This document shows positions 26,442 through 36,569 of a stretch of 64,000 nt of DNA, piece by piece. The notes under the pieces are model-generated. The model was not told where the DNA came from. It ran no database searches and worked only from the letters and a program-made list of their open reading frames with translations. The stretch comes from Bacteroidales bacterium. GTDB lineage: Bacteria > Bacteroidota > Bacteroidia > Bacteroidales > UBA1556. Location of the stretch: the NCBI GenBank assembly GCA_023146135.1, contig JAGLCR010000027.1:609-64608 (forward strand), in the 5' to 3' direction. Position 1 is the stretch's first letter. Every line of letters starts with the position of its first letter. The translations under genes were made by a program, and so were the position numbers.

Positions 26442-29126
26442 TTAAAACCAATCGTCCAACAACTTATTCGCCTCTTCTTCAAGTTTCTTCTTGGCTTTTT
26501 CCTCTTCTTCCTTCTTTATTCTTTCCAATTCAGCCTTATGCTTTTCATACTCTGCTTTAGCTTTTTGCTCAAGTTCTTTTTTCTGTTTCTCAAGCTCAGC
26601 CTCGGCTTGTTTTTTCAATTCATCGATTTGCTTTTGCGCCTCGTCCTGCAATTGCTCTTTAATATCGGCAGTGGCTTCTTTATAATTAAGCTCAACCACA
26701 GGACTCGTAGTTGTACCTTTTATCTTTGCTTTCACATTAATTGTTTCGCCTACACTAGCATTCACCCCAGCGGCATTTGCCTTCGACACTAAACTATTAA
26801 TCATTGCATTTGCCGAAGAGCCAAGCTTAGAACGTGGGATTTGCATATCCACATTATAATCGATATCTTGATTCAAATAGGTAACTCCCTTAATGGTCAT
26901 CGGAATATCATCCACCTCAACATTGAATGGTTTTACCAATAACTTGCCATCCGATATTCTGTATGGAATATCAAATTCGTTGGTTGATACATTGTTTAAC
27001 TCATCATAGTTCAACGATTTTGCCAGCTCGGCAAAAGCCTTAGACCCCTTCACCTGCACCTTAGACATACTCAATAAACCAGCAGCATTAACGGTGTTTA
27101 GCATGGGCTCCATTTTTAAATCTAGGTTTGATGAATAACTCATTGCAGCAGAATAACTACCATGTGCTAAACCCATAATTGGAGCAAATTTTTGAATTGC
27201 CACGAAAGCATCGTATGACTTTTTGATATCGAAATCAGTTATTCCCAAAACCAAACTAACTTTTGGTTTTTCTGGATCCAGCGTGCTATAATAGCCACTC
27301 ATAATCAACTTACCTTTTAGCATATTCATATGAAAATTATCAAGCTGTACACGTTCCTCTGCAATACGAAGTTTTCCGTAAACAGTTTTCATAACAAGAT
27401 CGTCGTACTTCATCCTACCCACAACTACCTGAACGGTAAAATCAATATTATCTGGAACAAGTACAATACTTAAATCCTCTTCTATTGCTTCAGCTTTTGC
27501 GACTGTTTCTTTAGAATTGCCACTGGTGGATGAATTTACACTTTCTATCCCCATCATTTGATTAAAATCCAAATAATCGGCACTTATATTCATTGAACCT
27601 TTAAGCGTGCCATCAGACAATACATAGCTCAAATAATTTCGCAATCGACCACTAGCATCAATTGTATTCTTATTATAAGTAACCTTAAAATCAGACAAAC
27701 TAATATATCGAGGTGTAAAATCCATTTTCGCTTTTGCAATATGAACACCCTCTGGCAAATCAGCATCTTTATAATTCATTTTTTTGATTCCCAAACTACC
27801 CGATGCCTTAAACTTACTATAATACCCTTTATCTAATGCCGACTGTTTTCCCTTGAACGACAAATCTGCTGTAAATAAGCCACTCATTTCCATACCTTCG
27901 TCCAAAGGGTATATCTTATCTATACTTGCCAAATCAAAACGACCTTTGAACTGTGCATCGATATTGGGATCAGACATTGGAGTACTAAGTTTTAACTTAA
28001 TATCCATAGGGTTTTTAGCAATGTTGAAATGAAATTTCTCCACATCAATCTCCATTTTATCCAAGTCAGAACTAGGACTAGACACCTTCATTACAATACT
28101 AATTTGATCTACTTTTTCAGGCAGATCTGGGTATTGAAACATTGCATCTTTCACATTCATTGTAAGTGCAAATGCAGGCATACTCACTTCATTATAAACT
28201 CCTTTTGCCCAACCATTCATACTAAACTTTCCAGATGTTTTTAGGCCTTCAAAATCCGTTTTGTAAATTGCTGGTATCATCGACAACAAACTCTTAAAGC
28301 TTGTTTCAAGAGCTCGATATTTTAAGTCCATTACAATATTATCGCCAGGCATAGCTATAAAACCATCAAATGCTAAACCCAAACCATTTACTTTAAACAA
28401 ATTTTTATTGAAAGTATATTTCGAGGAATCGAGATTTGCAATAATATTGGCTTCAAAACTCATTTTAGCCCTGTTCAAATAATTCAAACCATCCATGTGA
28501 TAAGTCATCGCATCAATGCTCGTTTCAAGCTCAATATTAGTTATACTTTCCGTAAAATCGCCTGCCAATATCAAGTTTAAGCCATCGATGTGTGTAAACA
28601 TATTTAACACCTTATCATCATATCTTATATATGCATCACTAATCTCAAACTTCTGCAATTGCATTTTAAAAGCAGAAGCCTCCTCTGCTAACACTGTATC
28701 TACCTCCTCAGGCACTACTCCATCCTCAACACTTTCTTTTACAATATCCCAGTTAGCTTTTCCATCACGCATAAACTTAAGATTTAACACTGGGTGTGAT
28801 ATCTCAATGGCATTTACTTTATAATCACTTGAAAATACACTTACTAGATCAAAATTGATGTAAATATTATCAATTGCAGTGAGAGTATCATTCGCAAACT
28901 CATCAACTCCCACAACAGTCATCCCTTTTATTTCAAAGGTAAAATCGGGAAAACTATGAAACAAAGTCAAAGCAAAACCTTCAAAGTTGACTTTTGCATT
29001 TACCGAATTATTAATCTCTTCTTTTACTATTTCAACAATTTTGTCCTTAAACAAAAAAGGGAGGGTAATCATTAGAACAATCAATAATCCTATGATAACC
29101 CCACTTATTTTCAACATTTTTTTCAT
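26442..29126 (-). CDS. AsmA-family outer-membrane assembly protein with a coiled-coil K/E-rich C-terminus
   Basis: 894 aa with an N-terminal anchor MKKMLKISGVIIGLLIVLMITLPFLF and a long beta-rich body typical of AsmA/TamB-like proteins. The C-terminus reads KEQLQDEAQKQIDELKKQAEAELEKQKKELEQKAKAEYEKHK... Confidence 0.65.
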   Translation of the reverse strand: MKKMLKISGVIIGLLIVLMITLPFLFKDKIVEIVKEEINNSVNAKVNFEGFALTLFHSFPDFTFEIKGMTVVGVDEFANDTLTAIDNIYINFDLVSVFSSDYKVNAIEISHPVLNLKFMRDGKANWDIVKESVEDGVVPEEVDTVLAEEASAFKMQLQKFEISDAYIRYDDKVLNMFTHIDGLNLILAGDFTESITNIELETSIDAMTYHMDGLNYLNRAKMSFEANIIANLDSSKYTFNKNLFKVNGLGLAFDGFIAMPGDNIVMDLKYRALETSFKSLLSMIPAIYKTDFEGLKTSGKFSMNGWAKGVYNEVSMPAFALTMNVKDAMFQYPDLPEKVDQISIVMKVSSPSSDLDKMEIDVEKFHFNIAKNPMDIKLKLSTPMSDPNIDAQFKGRFDLASIDKIYPLDEGMEMSGLFTADLSFKGKQSALDKGYYSKFKASGSLGIKKMNYKDADLPEGVHIAKAKMDFTPRYISLSDFKVTYNKNTIDASGRLRNYLSYVLSDGTLKGSMNISADYLDFNQMMGIESVNSSTSGNSKETVAKAEAIEEDLSIVLVPDNIDFTVQVVVGRMKYDDLVMKTVYGKLRIAEERVQLDNFHMNMLKGKLIMSGYYSTLDPEKPKVSLVLGITDFDIKKSYDAFVAIQKFAPIMGLAHGSYSAAMSYSSNLDLKMEPMLNTVNAAGLLSMSKVQVKGSKAFAELAKSLNYDELNNVSTNEFDIPYRISDGKLLVKPFNVEVDDIPMTIKGVTYLNQDIDYNVDMQIPRSKLGSSANAMINSLVSKANAAGVNASVGETINVKAKIKGTTTSPVVELNYKEATADIKEQLQDEAQKQIDELKKQAEAELEKQKKELEQKAKAEYEKHKAELERIKKEEEEKAKKKLEEEANKLLDDWF

Positions 29127-29297
29127 TGATATATTAACTTTAATATAAGTACTTTGTGTAAATAATTAGCGATTTTTATTGTAGGGCATATTCTACCTCA
29201 ACAATCAATATGTAATATTGAGCTAGCAAAAATAAGAAAACATAAGTATCAATGGAGAAAACATCCATAAAATAAATACTCCAAAAAAATCAAATTT

Positions 29298-29750
29298 CTA
29301 TTTCATCCATTCATAGAAATAATAGTGTTCACCATTCATCCCAAGTTTTTCATAAACCTTTTGAGCTGAGGCATTTGTTTTATCAACGTATAATCTAATT
29401 CCCGCATACTCGCCGGCATTAACCTTGGTCACAAGATTTTGATATAATGCATTATAAACCCCTTGACCTCGATAATTTGGATGTGTATAAACCGATTGTA
29501 CCCACAACACCCATTTGTTTCGCCAGTCGCTCCATTCGAATGTGGTCATTAAAGAGCCCGCAACTACTCCTTCAATTTCAGCAATATAGTAAACACCTTT
29601 CTGAGCATCCTTCAAGGCCGATTCAATACCTGGCTTAAGTACTGCAGGCTCCAACACCAAACCTTCGGTCTCCTCAGCCATGGCAATCATAAAACCCACC
29701 AAAATATCTAAATCAGCAATACTTCCTTTTCTAATTGTTATTGTACTCAT
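29298..29750 (-). CDS. GNAT-family N-acetyltransferase
   Basis: 150 aa with the acetyl-CoA motif VYTHPNYRGQGVYNALY. Four-nt overlap with the upstream ligase gene. Confidence 0.8.
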   Translation of the reverse strand: MSTITIRKGSIADLDILVGFMIAMAEETEGLVLEPAVLKPGIESALKDAQKGVYYIAEIEGVVAGSLMTTFEWSDWRNKWVLWVQSVYTHPNYRGQGVYNALYQNLVTKVNAGEYAGIRLYVDKTNASAQKVYEKLGMNGEHYYFYEWMK

Positions 29751-31333
29751 AGCTCAGACTCAACCATTTCTTTCAAGCTACGATAATCAGTTTTACCACT
29801 TCCCAACATGGGTATTTCATCAATCACTTTAATATCCCGAATTTTTGCAATCGATGCTACTCCTGACTCTCTCAGGTATTTATTTACATCTTTAAGGTCC
29901 AATTCGTTCAACGAAAATAAAGTTACAATGGGCTCTTTCCCTCTATCACTACCTTCTACTGCCAACACATGCCTTCCCTCTTCTCCATACTTTTCCTCAA
30001 GTACTTTTTCAATAAATGGCATACTAATCATTTCGCCACCAATTTTAATAAAACGTTTCAAACGCCCAGTAATAAATACAAAACCATCTTTATCCACATA
30101 TCCCAAATCACCTGTTTTATAATATTCTTTACCTTCTATTTCAACAAATGGAGAATCAATATTTTTATCCATATAGCCTCCAAAAACACTTTTCCCTCTT
30201 ACTACAATCATCCCCTCATTTCCTACATCTAAAGATTTCTCAGTATCCAAATCCATAATATGGTAATCAATACCAATTATGAATTTACCAACACTATTCA
30301 ACTTTTGCCAGTCTTTTGGATTAAGACATACAATAGGACTACATTCCGTTATTCCGTAGCCTTCCACTATTAAGGACTTATTATCGGTCATCTCATTGAA
30401 ATTGTTAAGAATATCTTTATGCAAACTTTCTGCACCTGAAATTACCAACTCTACAGTTGACAGATCTTCTTTCTCAGCACGAGCCATAATCAACTTCAGT
30501 AAAGTAGGCGTAACCATTATATTATTAGCCTTAGTATGTTTAAGCGCATCAACAACTTCGCGCAGATTAGTTGGGTTTGGCGTATAAGCAACTTTAACCC
30601 CTGTAAGTAAAGGAAGTATTGATAGCACCGTGAAGCCAAAACTATGAAATGGGGGTAAAAAGCTCAGAAAAATCCCTTGCACTCGAATATCAAATAATTG
30701 CAAGGAACCCCATAGGTCACTAACAATATTTTCGTGCGATAATTCTACAGCTTTTGGCAAGGTTTCGCTTCCTGATGTAAACAATACGACTGCAGTAGTA
30801 TCAATATTAGTATTGATAAACAAACCAGGAAAAGTAGCCATAAAAGCCCCTTTTATTTTCATTCCCAAGCTTATATTCTTCACTTCTTTATCAAGCAGTA
30901 GTAATCGACTAGTAATATCATCAGGGAGCTGTTCCTTTACTTTATTATAAAAAGCATCAGCAGTAATTATTACTTCCAAATTTGTTAAATCAGCACAATA
31001 AGTCAATACCTTATGCCCTACTGTCCAATTAAGCATCACAGGAATTTTACCAGCCATATACGAAGCAATGATCAGCAAGCTTGTCGATTGCAATGCAGGT
31101 AACATAATCCCAACGTACTTACCACTTACTCTTGATTTGATAAGCTGCGAAACTACAGCCGCCTTCATAAAAAAGCTTTTACGAGTAGAGGTACCACTTG
31201 TAGCGTCCCATGCAAAATACTCATCCTTATTCTTAGAAAATTCAGTAATAAAATTTTCAAGTATATTTTTATCCATATTCGGCATTACATTATAATCTGC
31301 CGATTTTGATATATGTAATAATGACTCCTTCAT
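29747..31333 (-). CDS. AMP-dependent acyl-CoA/acyl-ACP synthetase (Aas-type)
   Basis: AMP-binding motifs VLFTSGSETLPKAV, EGYGITECSP, YKTGDLGYVDKDGFVFITGRLKRFIKIGGEMIS and a terminal GSGKTDY. Confidence 0.85.
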   Translation of the reverse strand: MKESLLHISKSADYNVMPNMDKNILENFITEFSKNKDEYFAWDATSGTSTRKSFFMKAAVVSQLIKSRVSGKYVGIMLPALQSTSLLIIASYMAGKIPVMLNWTVGHKVLTYCADLTNLEVIITADAFYNKVKEQLPDDITSRLLLLDKEVKNISLGMKIKGAFMATFPGLFINTNIDTTAVVLFTSGSETLPKAVELSHENIVSDLWGSLQLFDIRVQGIFLSFLPPFHSFGFTVLSILPLLTGVKVAYTPNPTNLREVVDALKHTKANNIMVTPTLLKLIMARAEKEDLSTVELVISGAESLHKDILNNFNEMTDNKSLIVEGYGITECSPIVCLNPKDWQKLNSVGKFIIGIDYHIMDLDTEKSLDVGNEGMIVVRGKSVFGGYMDKNIDSPFVEIEGKEYYKTGDLGYVDKDGFVFITGRLKRFIKIGGEMISMPFIEKVLEEKYGEEGRHVLAVEGSDRGKEPIVTLFSLNELDLKDVNKYLRESGVASIAKIRDIKVIDEIPMLGSGKTDYRSLKEMVESEL

Positions 31334-31374
31334 ATGTATATATTTTAAACAATTACAATAGTAACTAGATGCAC

Positions 31375-32202
31375 TTACGCATCAGGCAAAGATCTAAACA
31401 CCAGCCCTTTTCCTTTCACTACAAAACCTTTTACTTTTTTATGTATTTTCTTCTTTGAAAAAGGGAGAAAGAAAAAATGACGAATAAAACGTGCGCCCTC
31501 TTCCCCGTTTACGTTATAGAAAGTTTCAAGATATTCATTAAATTCTCTACGTGTCAAACTCTTAGATTTCGCCTTAGCCTCCTCAGAAATATCAACAAAT
31601 TCAATTTCAACTTTTCGCTTTGGAACAAAAAATATTAAATTTGCTAAAACATAAAAACCACTCAACAAAAAAACCTTAAAAAAATCTGGCGATTTTCCCC
31701 ACCAAGCTCTAGACCATACACTTCCCCACAACCCTTGTTGCCGAACCCCAATTACTCGTGTATTATCATCTAACTCCTGAACCAGTCTATATGCGCTTTG
31801 CTTATTAAAAATCTTTTCATAAGCTTGATTGCTCAACTGTCCCGAAGGATAAAGCACTACACTTTTACCATTTTTCAAGGCCCCTAACATAGCTTTTCTC
31901 ATGTTCTCAACTACTGATACATCTCGACTACCAGCTTCAAGGTCAGCTACAGGAACCGCATCAAGAAACTTCATAAAGGAATTAATAAGAGGTAAATTGT
32001 AATAGGTCTCACTAATCATCGGCACAGGCTCATCATACTTCCCTATTTCAGAAATTAATATTTGAGGATCAACCTCAGCGGGGTGATTAGGAAGATATAA
32101 TGACGAACGGTCTGAAGACAAAAGCTCAACACCTTTTATAGTAACCTTATAGCGAGTTGATAACAGCGTACTAATAATAACAGCTATTCTTTTTTTATTC
32201 AT
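31375..32202 (-). CDS. Lysophospholipid/1-acylglycerol-3-phosphate acyltransferase (PlsC family)
   Basis: HX4D motif in LPNHPAEVDP and a later LYPSGQLS block. Lies next to the acyl-activating enzyme. Confidence 0.7.
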   Translation of the reverse strand: MNKKRIAVIISTLLSTRYKVTIKGVELLSSDRSSLYLPNHPAEVDPQILISEIGKYDEPVPMISETYYNLPLINSFMKFLDAVPVADLEAGSRDVSVVENMRKAMLGALKNGKSVVLYPSGQLSNQAYEKIFNKQSAYRLVQELDDNTRVIGVRQQGLWGSVWSRAWWGKSPDFFKVFLLSGFYVLANLIFFVPKRKVEIEFVDISEEAKAKSKSLTRREFNEYLETFYNVNGEEGARFIRHFFFLPFSKKKIHKKVKGFVVKGKGLVFRSLPDA

Positions 32203-32349
32203 TTAATAAGTTATTAATTCTTGTAGTATACAAAGGTAAAGAAAAATGATAATGTAGCCAAGAGAGTAATTAAAATCAAAAATTATATTTATAAAACAAT
32301 ACCCTCATAATAGCAAAAAAGTTTTCGTACACACAATAAGTAAAAAAAG

Positions 32350-32357
32350 TATCTTTG
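32350..32357 (+). promoter_or_regulatory. Candidate -7 box (TATCTTTG) for yidC
   Basis: Exact TAnnTTTG match 70 nt upstream of the yidC ATG. The -33 region is only TTTC-like. Confidence 0.3.
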
Positions 32358-32426
32358 CACACTTGAAAATAGCTTTTAGCTAAAGCTATATTATGAATAT
32401 AGAATATAACATTTTACACAAATAAT

Positions 32427-34379
32427 ATGAATAAAAATTCCATAATCGGGGGTGCTTTAATCTTCCTAATAATTATTGGTTACTCAATGTGGTCAGCTCC
32501 CTCAGAGGAAGAAGTTAAAGAGCAACGACGTACTGATTCGATTGCCCGAGTTGAACATGCTAATATAGTGCGCCAACAAATACAAGACTCTATTGCATTT
32601 GCAAATCGTCAAGACGAGCAAAAATCTATTAGCTCATCACAAAACGAAATCATAGCTTCTCCGCAAAATGACAGCCTTGCGCAAGAATTAAACTTTAGAA
32701 AATACGGAAGTTTTGCAGCTGCTGCTATAGGAGAAGACAAAGACATTATTATTGAAAATGATGTTTTGAAACTGAAAGTATCAAAAAAAGGAGGAACTAT
32801 TACTTATGTACAAATAAAAAACTTTCGTACTTACGATACTCTCCCACTAATATTATTTGATAAAAATACCGCTGATCTTAGTATATTACTTAATGATAAA
32901 CATGTTGAAACTAAGGATCTATATTTTGAGCCTGTTTTGAATGGAATGTCAAATGATCAAGACTCATTTTATGTGGCCGAAGGTCAAAATCTAACTTTTT
33001 CCATGCGTGTTTATCCTAATGACAACAATGGAGTGGTTGACCGTGACCGTTATTTAGAGTTCGAATACATACTTTCAAATAACGATTATATGTTAGGATT
33101 CAATCTGAACATGAAAGGCATGTACGAATACATAATGCCAGGCTATAGTTTTATGACCATGAATTGGAATATGTCGATGACTGGTAAAGAAAAAGATGCC
33201 GAACAAGAGCGCAAACAAACCACAATTTATTATAAGTATAAAGATGCCGATGTTGATTATTTAAGCGAAATGGATGAAGAAGATTCAGAAGAGCTAAAAA
33301 CAAAAGTTAACTGGATATCTTATAAACAACAATTTTTCTCGAGTACGCTAATTGCCGAAAACGCTTTTAAGTCTGCTGACATTTCATTTAATGTTAACGA
33401 CGGGGCTCATTTACACAAGTACCTTCAAACAATGCATACAGAATTCACAATACCTTTAAGTGGCTCTGATGTGGAAAAATTCCCAATGAAAATGTACTTT
33501 GGACCCAATAAATACAAAATTCTTTCGGAATATAATATGGATTTAGATCAGCAAATCCCGTTAGGATGGGGCTTTTTCTTATTACAATGGATTAACCGAT
33601 ATGTCACAATTCCTGTATTTGATTTCCTCAGTGGATTTGGTTGGAACTATGGTATTATTATATTAGCATTAACATTATTATTAAAAATTGCACTATTTCC
33701 CATTGCATATAAAACCTACCTATCATCAGCAAAAATGCGGGTGTTAAAACCTGAGATTGATGAGATAGGTGCGAAATTCCCGAAAAAGGAAGATTCGGTG
33801 AAAAAGCAACAGGCTACAATGGCTCTGTATAAAAAGGCTGGAGTAAACCCGATGGCTGGTTGTATACCTATGCTATTACAAATGCCAATTCTTTTTGCCT
33901 TATTCCGATTCTTCCCTGCCTCCATTGAGCTACGTCAACAGTCGTTCCTATGGGCAGATGACCTTTCGAGTTATGATGCAATTTTTTCATGGACACAGCA
34001 AATACCACTTTTAAGTACATTCTATGGTAACCATATTAGTTTATTTACCATTTTGATGACAATCTCTACCATCTTATATACCAAAATGAATAACCAGATG
34101 ATGAGTAGTAGTCAACAAATGCCTGGCATGAAAACCATGATGTATTTGATGCCATTGATGTTCCTAGGTTTTTTCAATAATTACGCATCAGGACTAAGTT
34201 ACTATTATTTCTTAGCCAATATCATTACATTTTCACAAATGTACTTTATGCGTAAATTTGTAAACGAAGATGCAATACATGCCAAGCTTCAAGAGAATAA
34301 AAAGAAACCAGTAAAAAAATCGAAGTTTCAGCAAAAGCTAGAAGATATGGCTAAGCAAAAAAACAGCCTGAAGAAGTAA
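32427..34379 (+). CDS. yidC: Membrane protein insertase YidC (long Bacteroidota form)
   Basis: 650 aa with an N-terminal TM and a large periplasmic domain. The conserved core reads GWNYGIIILALTLLLKIALFPIAYKTYLSSAKMRVLKPEIDEI...ATMALYKKAGVNPMAGCIPMLLQMPILFALF, followed by a basic C-terminus. Confidence 0.9.
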   Translation: MNKNSIIGGALIFLIIIGYSMWSAPSEEEVKEQRRTDSIARVEHANIVRQQIQDSIAFANRQDEQKSISSSQNEIIASPQNDSLAQELNFRKYGSFAAAAIGEDKDIIIENDVLKLKVSKKGGTITYVQIKNFRTYDTLPLILFDKNTADLSILLNDKHVETKDLYFEPVLNGMSNDQDSFYVAEGQNLTFSMRVYPNDNNGVVDRDRYLEFEYILSNNDYMLGFNLNMKGMYEYIMPGYSFMTMNWNMSMTGKEKDAEQERKQTTIYYKYKDADVDYLSEMDEEDSEELKTKVNWISYKQQFFSSTLIAENAFKSADISFNVNDGAHLHKYLQTMHTEFTIPLSGSDVEKFPMKMYFGPNKYKILSEYNMDLDQQIPLGWGFFLLQWINRYVTIPVFDFLSGFGWNYGIIILALTLLLKIALFPIAYKTYLSSAKMRVLKPEIDEIGAKFPKKEDSVKKQQATMALYKKAGVNPMAGCIPMLLQMPILFALFRFFPASIELRQQSFLWADDLSSYDAIFSWTQQIPLLSTFYGNHISLFTILMTISTILYTKMNNQMMSSSQQMPGMKTMMYLMPLMFLGFFNNYASGLSYYYFLANIITFSQMYFMRKFVNEDAIHAKLQENKKKPVKKSKFQQKLEDMAKQKNSLKK

Positions 34380-34400
34380 GAAGAAGTGAACTAAATAAAA

Positions 34401-34432
34401 AAGGCTTGTCAGTATAGACAAGCCTTTTTTTT
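34401..34432 (+). terminator. Rho-independent terminator after yidC
   Basis: aaggcttgtc agtata gacaagcctt forms a perfect 10-bp stem followed by TTTTTTTT. Confidence 0.8.
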
Positions 34433-34601
34433 GTTTAATTCTATTTTTTAGATGCAAATTCTCAATATGAAATACTAACAAAAGTAAATAAATTCATAAT
34501 CAACTCAAATACTACATCTTACAAAAATGGCATAGTAATTGATTAATGAATTGCAAGAAAACGTACCTAGTTTTCGCAAAGTTGTTTTAGAATAGCAATA
34601 T

Positions 34602-34632
34602 AAAAAACTCGTGGTGAGCAAGCGAGTTTTTT
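34602..34632 (-). terminator. Possible terminator after folC
   Basis: aaaaaactcg / cgagtttttt forms an A/T-rich 10-bp stem with an 11-nt loop. It has a T-run on both strands, and the stem is weak. Confidence 0.4.
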
Positions 34633-34648
34633 GCTTTTTAAATACTTT

Positions 34649-35947
34649 CTATTTCTCACCTTCCAATACTTCCGCCACTACAAAGGTACTACCACCCACA
34701 AAAATCAAATCATTTATTTTAGCTTTTGAACGAGCAATAGAAAGCGCCTTATTCACTGAAGTGTAAGCACTCCCTTTCAGTCCTATACTATTAGCTTTAC
34801 TTGCCAACTCCTCCACAGGCAAACCTCGTGGAATATCAGCCTTACAAAAATAATATTCAGCATTTTTCGGCAAAAGTGAAAGTATTTTACCCACTTCTTT
34901 ATCATTCACCATTCCTAAGATAAAATGCAATTTTTGATATCTTTCAGCTTCAATTTGTTTCGTTACCCAACTTAAACCATCTTCGTTATGCCCTGTATCA
35001 CATATGATTTTGGGACTGTGAGCCAATTGTTGCCATCGCCCCTGAATACCTGTACTCTTCACAGTACAAGCTAAACCCTTACGAATACTCTCATCGGATA
35101 CAGGAAAATCGCCCAACAAATCAATATGGTATATTGTGGACAATACTGACTGTAAATTATTTATTTGATATTTTCCCAAAAGCGGAATACACATTACCCC
35201 TTTTCTATTCTTTGCAATACTAACTTCAAAGCATTGCTTTTTTTCAGAACTACGTATATCAAGCTTCACTATATCTTCAGCAAAATATAGTGGGGAATTC
35301 ATTTCATTAGCCTTTCGTTCAAACACATGAACAATATCGGCTTGCCGTTGTCCAATGATTACAGGAATGTCTTTCTTGATAATACCCGCTTTCTCGCCAG
35401 CAATTTTTTCCAAAGTATTTCCTAAAAACTGAGTGTGATCCATACCAATATTTGTAATAAGACTCACGATTGGTTCCACCACATTACTTGAATCGAGCCT
35501 ACCTCCCATACCTGTTTCCATCACAACAATATCTACTTCCTGCTCTCGAAAATAATACAAGGCCATTGCGAAGGTAATTTCAAAAAAGCTGGGGTGAATT
35601 GCTTCGAACTCTAGCTTATGCTTTTCAACAAAACTTACAACAGCCTCCTCCCTTATCATTTCACCATTTACACGAATTCGCTCTCGAAAATCGACCAAAT
35701 GCGGCGAAGTGTATAGTCCTGTTTTATATCCTTGTTGTTGCAGTATGGACGAAATCATATGAGCACTACTACCCTTTCCATTTGTTCCTGCAATATGCAC
35801 ACATGGAAATGCCTTCTGTGGCTGACTGAGCATATCCATAAGTGCTATCGTATTACTCAAGTCAGCTTTGTATGCCGCAGCGCCTTGCCTTTGAAACATC
35901 GGTAACTGAGTATATAAAAAATCAAGAATTTGTTTATATGACTTCAT
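34649..35947 (-). CDS. folC: Bifunctional folylpolyglutamate synthase / dihydrofolate synthase
   Basis: P-loop HIAGTNGKGS, YTSPHLVDFRERI, EVDIVVMETGMGGRLDSSNV and GMDHTQFLGNTLEKIAGEKAGIIK. Confidence 0.9.
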   Translation of the reverse strand: MKSYKQILDFLYTQLPMFQRQGAAAYKADLSNTIALMDMLSQPQKAFPCVHIAGTNGKGSSAHMISSILQQQGYKTGLYTSPHLVDFRERIRVNGEMIREEAVVSFVEKHKLEFEAIHPSFFEITFAMALYYFREQEVDIVVMETGMGGRLDSSNVVEPIVSLITNIGMDHTQFLGNTLEKIAGEKAGIIKKDIPVIIGQRQADIVHVFERKANEMNSPLYFAEDIVKLDIRSSEKKQCFEVSIAKNRKGVMCIPLLGKYQINNLQSVLSTIYHIDLLGDFPVSDESIRKGLACTVKSTGIQGRWQQLAHSPKIICDTGHNEDGLSWVTKQIEAERYQKLHFILGMVNDKEVGKILSLLPKNAEYYFCKADIPRGLPVEELASKANSIGLKGSAYTSVNKALSIARSKAKINDLIFVGGSTFVVAEVLEGEK

Positions 35948-35987
35948 AAAATAGTTTTGTTATTTGATTTGGAATAATGGCCAATAA

Positions 35988-36548
35988 CTACTTCGTAAAT
36001 TTTCCCGTTTCAATCCAAGAGGTAATTCTGGAATCATTTGGCAATGTAGATGGAGGAAGCATTGCCACTAAATTTCCTTTTTCGTCAACTAAGTACTTCT
36101 GAAAATTCCACTTCACCTTACTTTTTAATTTACCATTAAGATCCAACTTGGTAAGCCATGAATAGATTGGAGCTTGCGTTTTTCCTTTAACCGAAACCTT
36201 ACTCATTAGTTTGAAACTCACTTGGTAGTTTAGCGTACAAAACTCTTTAATTTGAGCATCAGTGCCAGGCTCTTGCCAAAGAAAGTTATTTGCAGGAAAA
36301 GCTATAATTTCAAAACCTTGATCTTTATACTTTTTATAAAGCTTCTCCAATTCTTCGTATTGAGGAGTAAAACGACATTTGGAGGCTACATTCACTATCA
36401 TAAATCTCTTTCCTTCGAGACTTCCAAAGCTAAACTTATGTCCTTCAACATCAGTCACAGTATAATCGTAAATAGATTTCATATCAGTAGTAAAAGAAAA
36501 CATAAGAAAGGCTATTATAGTTAGAATGCTTCTCATAATAATTAACAA
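35988..36548 (-). CDS. Glutathione peroxidase-family protein (exported)
   Basis: MIVNVASKCRFTPQYEELEKLYKKYKDQGFEIIAFPANNFLWQEPG and KWNFQKYLVDEKG match GPx signatures. An N-terminal signal-like segment is present, so the true start may be the Met at 36536. Confidence 0.85.
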   Translation of the reverse strand: MLIIMRSILTIIAFLMFSFTTDMKSIYDYTVTDVEGHKFSFGSLEGKRFMIVNVASKCRFTPQYEELEKLYKKYKDQGFEIIAFPANNFLWQEPGTDAQIKEFCTLNYQVSFKLMSKVSVKGKTQAPIYSWLTKLDLNGKLKSKVKWNFQKYLVDEKGNLVAMLPPSTLPNDSRITSWIETGKFTK

Positions 36549-36569
36549 TATTTATTGGTGTTCATTCGA

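Noticed and set aside
26491-26792. Two plus-strand ORFs (64 and 84 aa) rich in Ser/Phe/Cys/Leu
   Set aside because: They are antisense translations of the K/E-rich coiled-coil tail of the AsmA-family gene, a low-complexity artefact.
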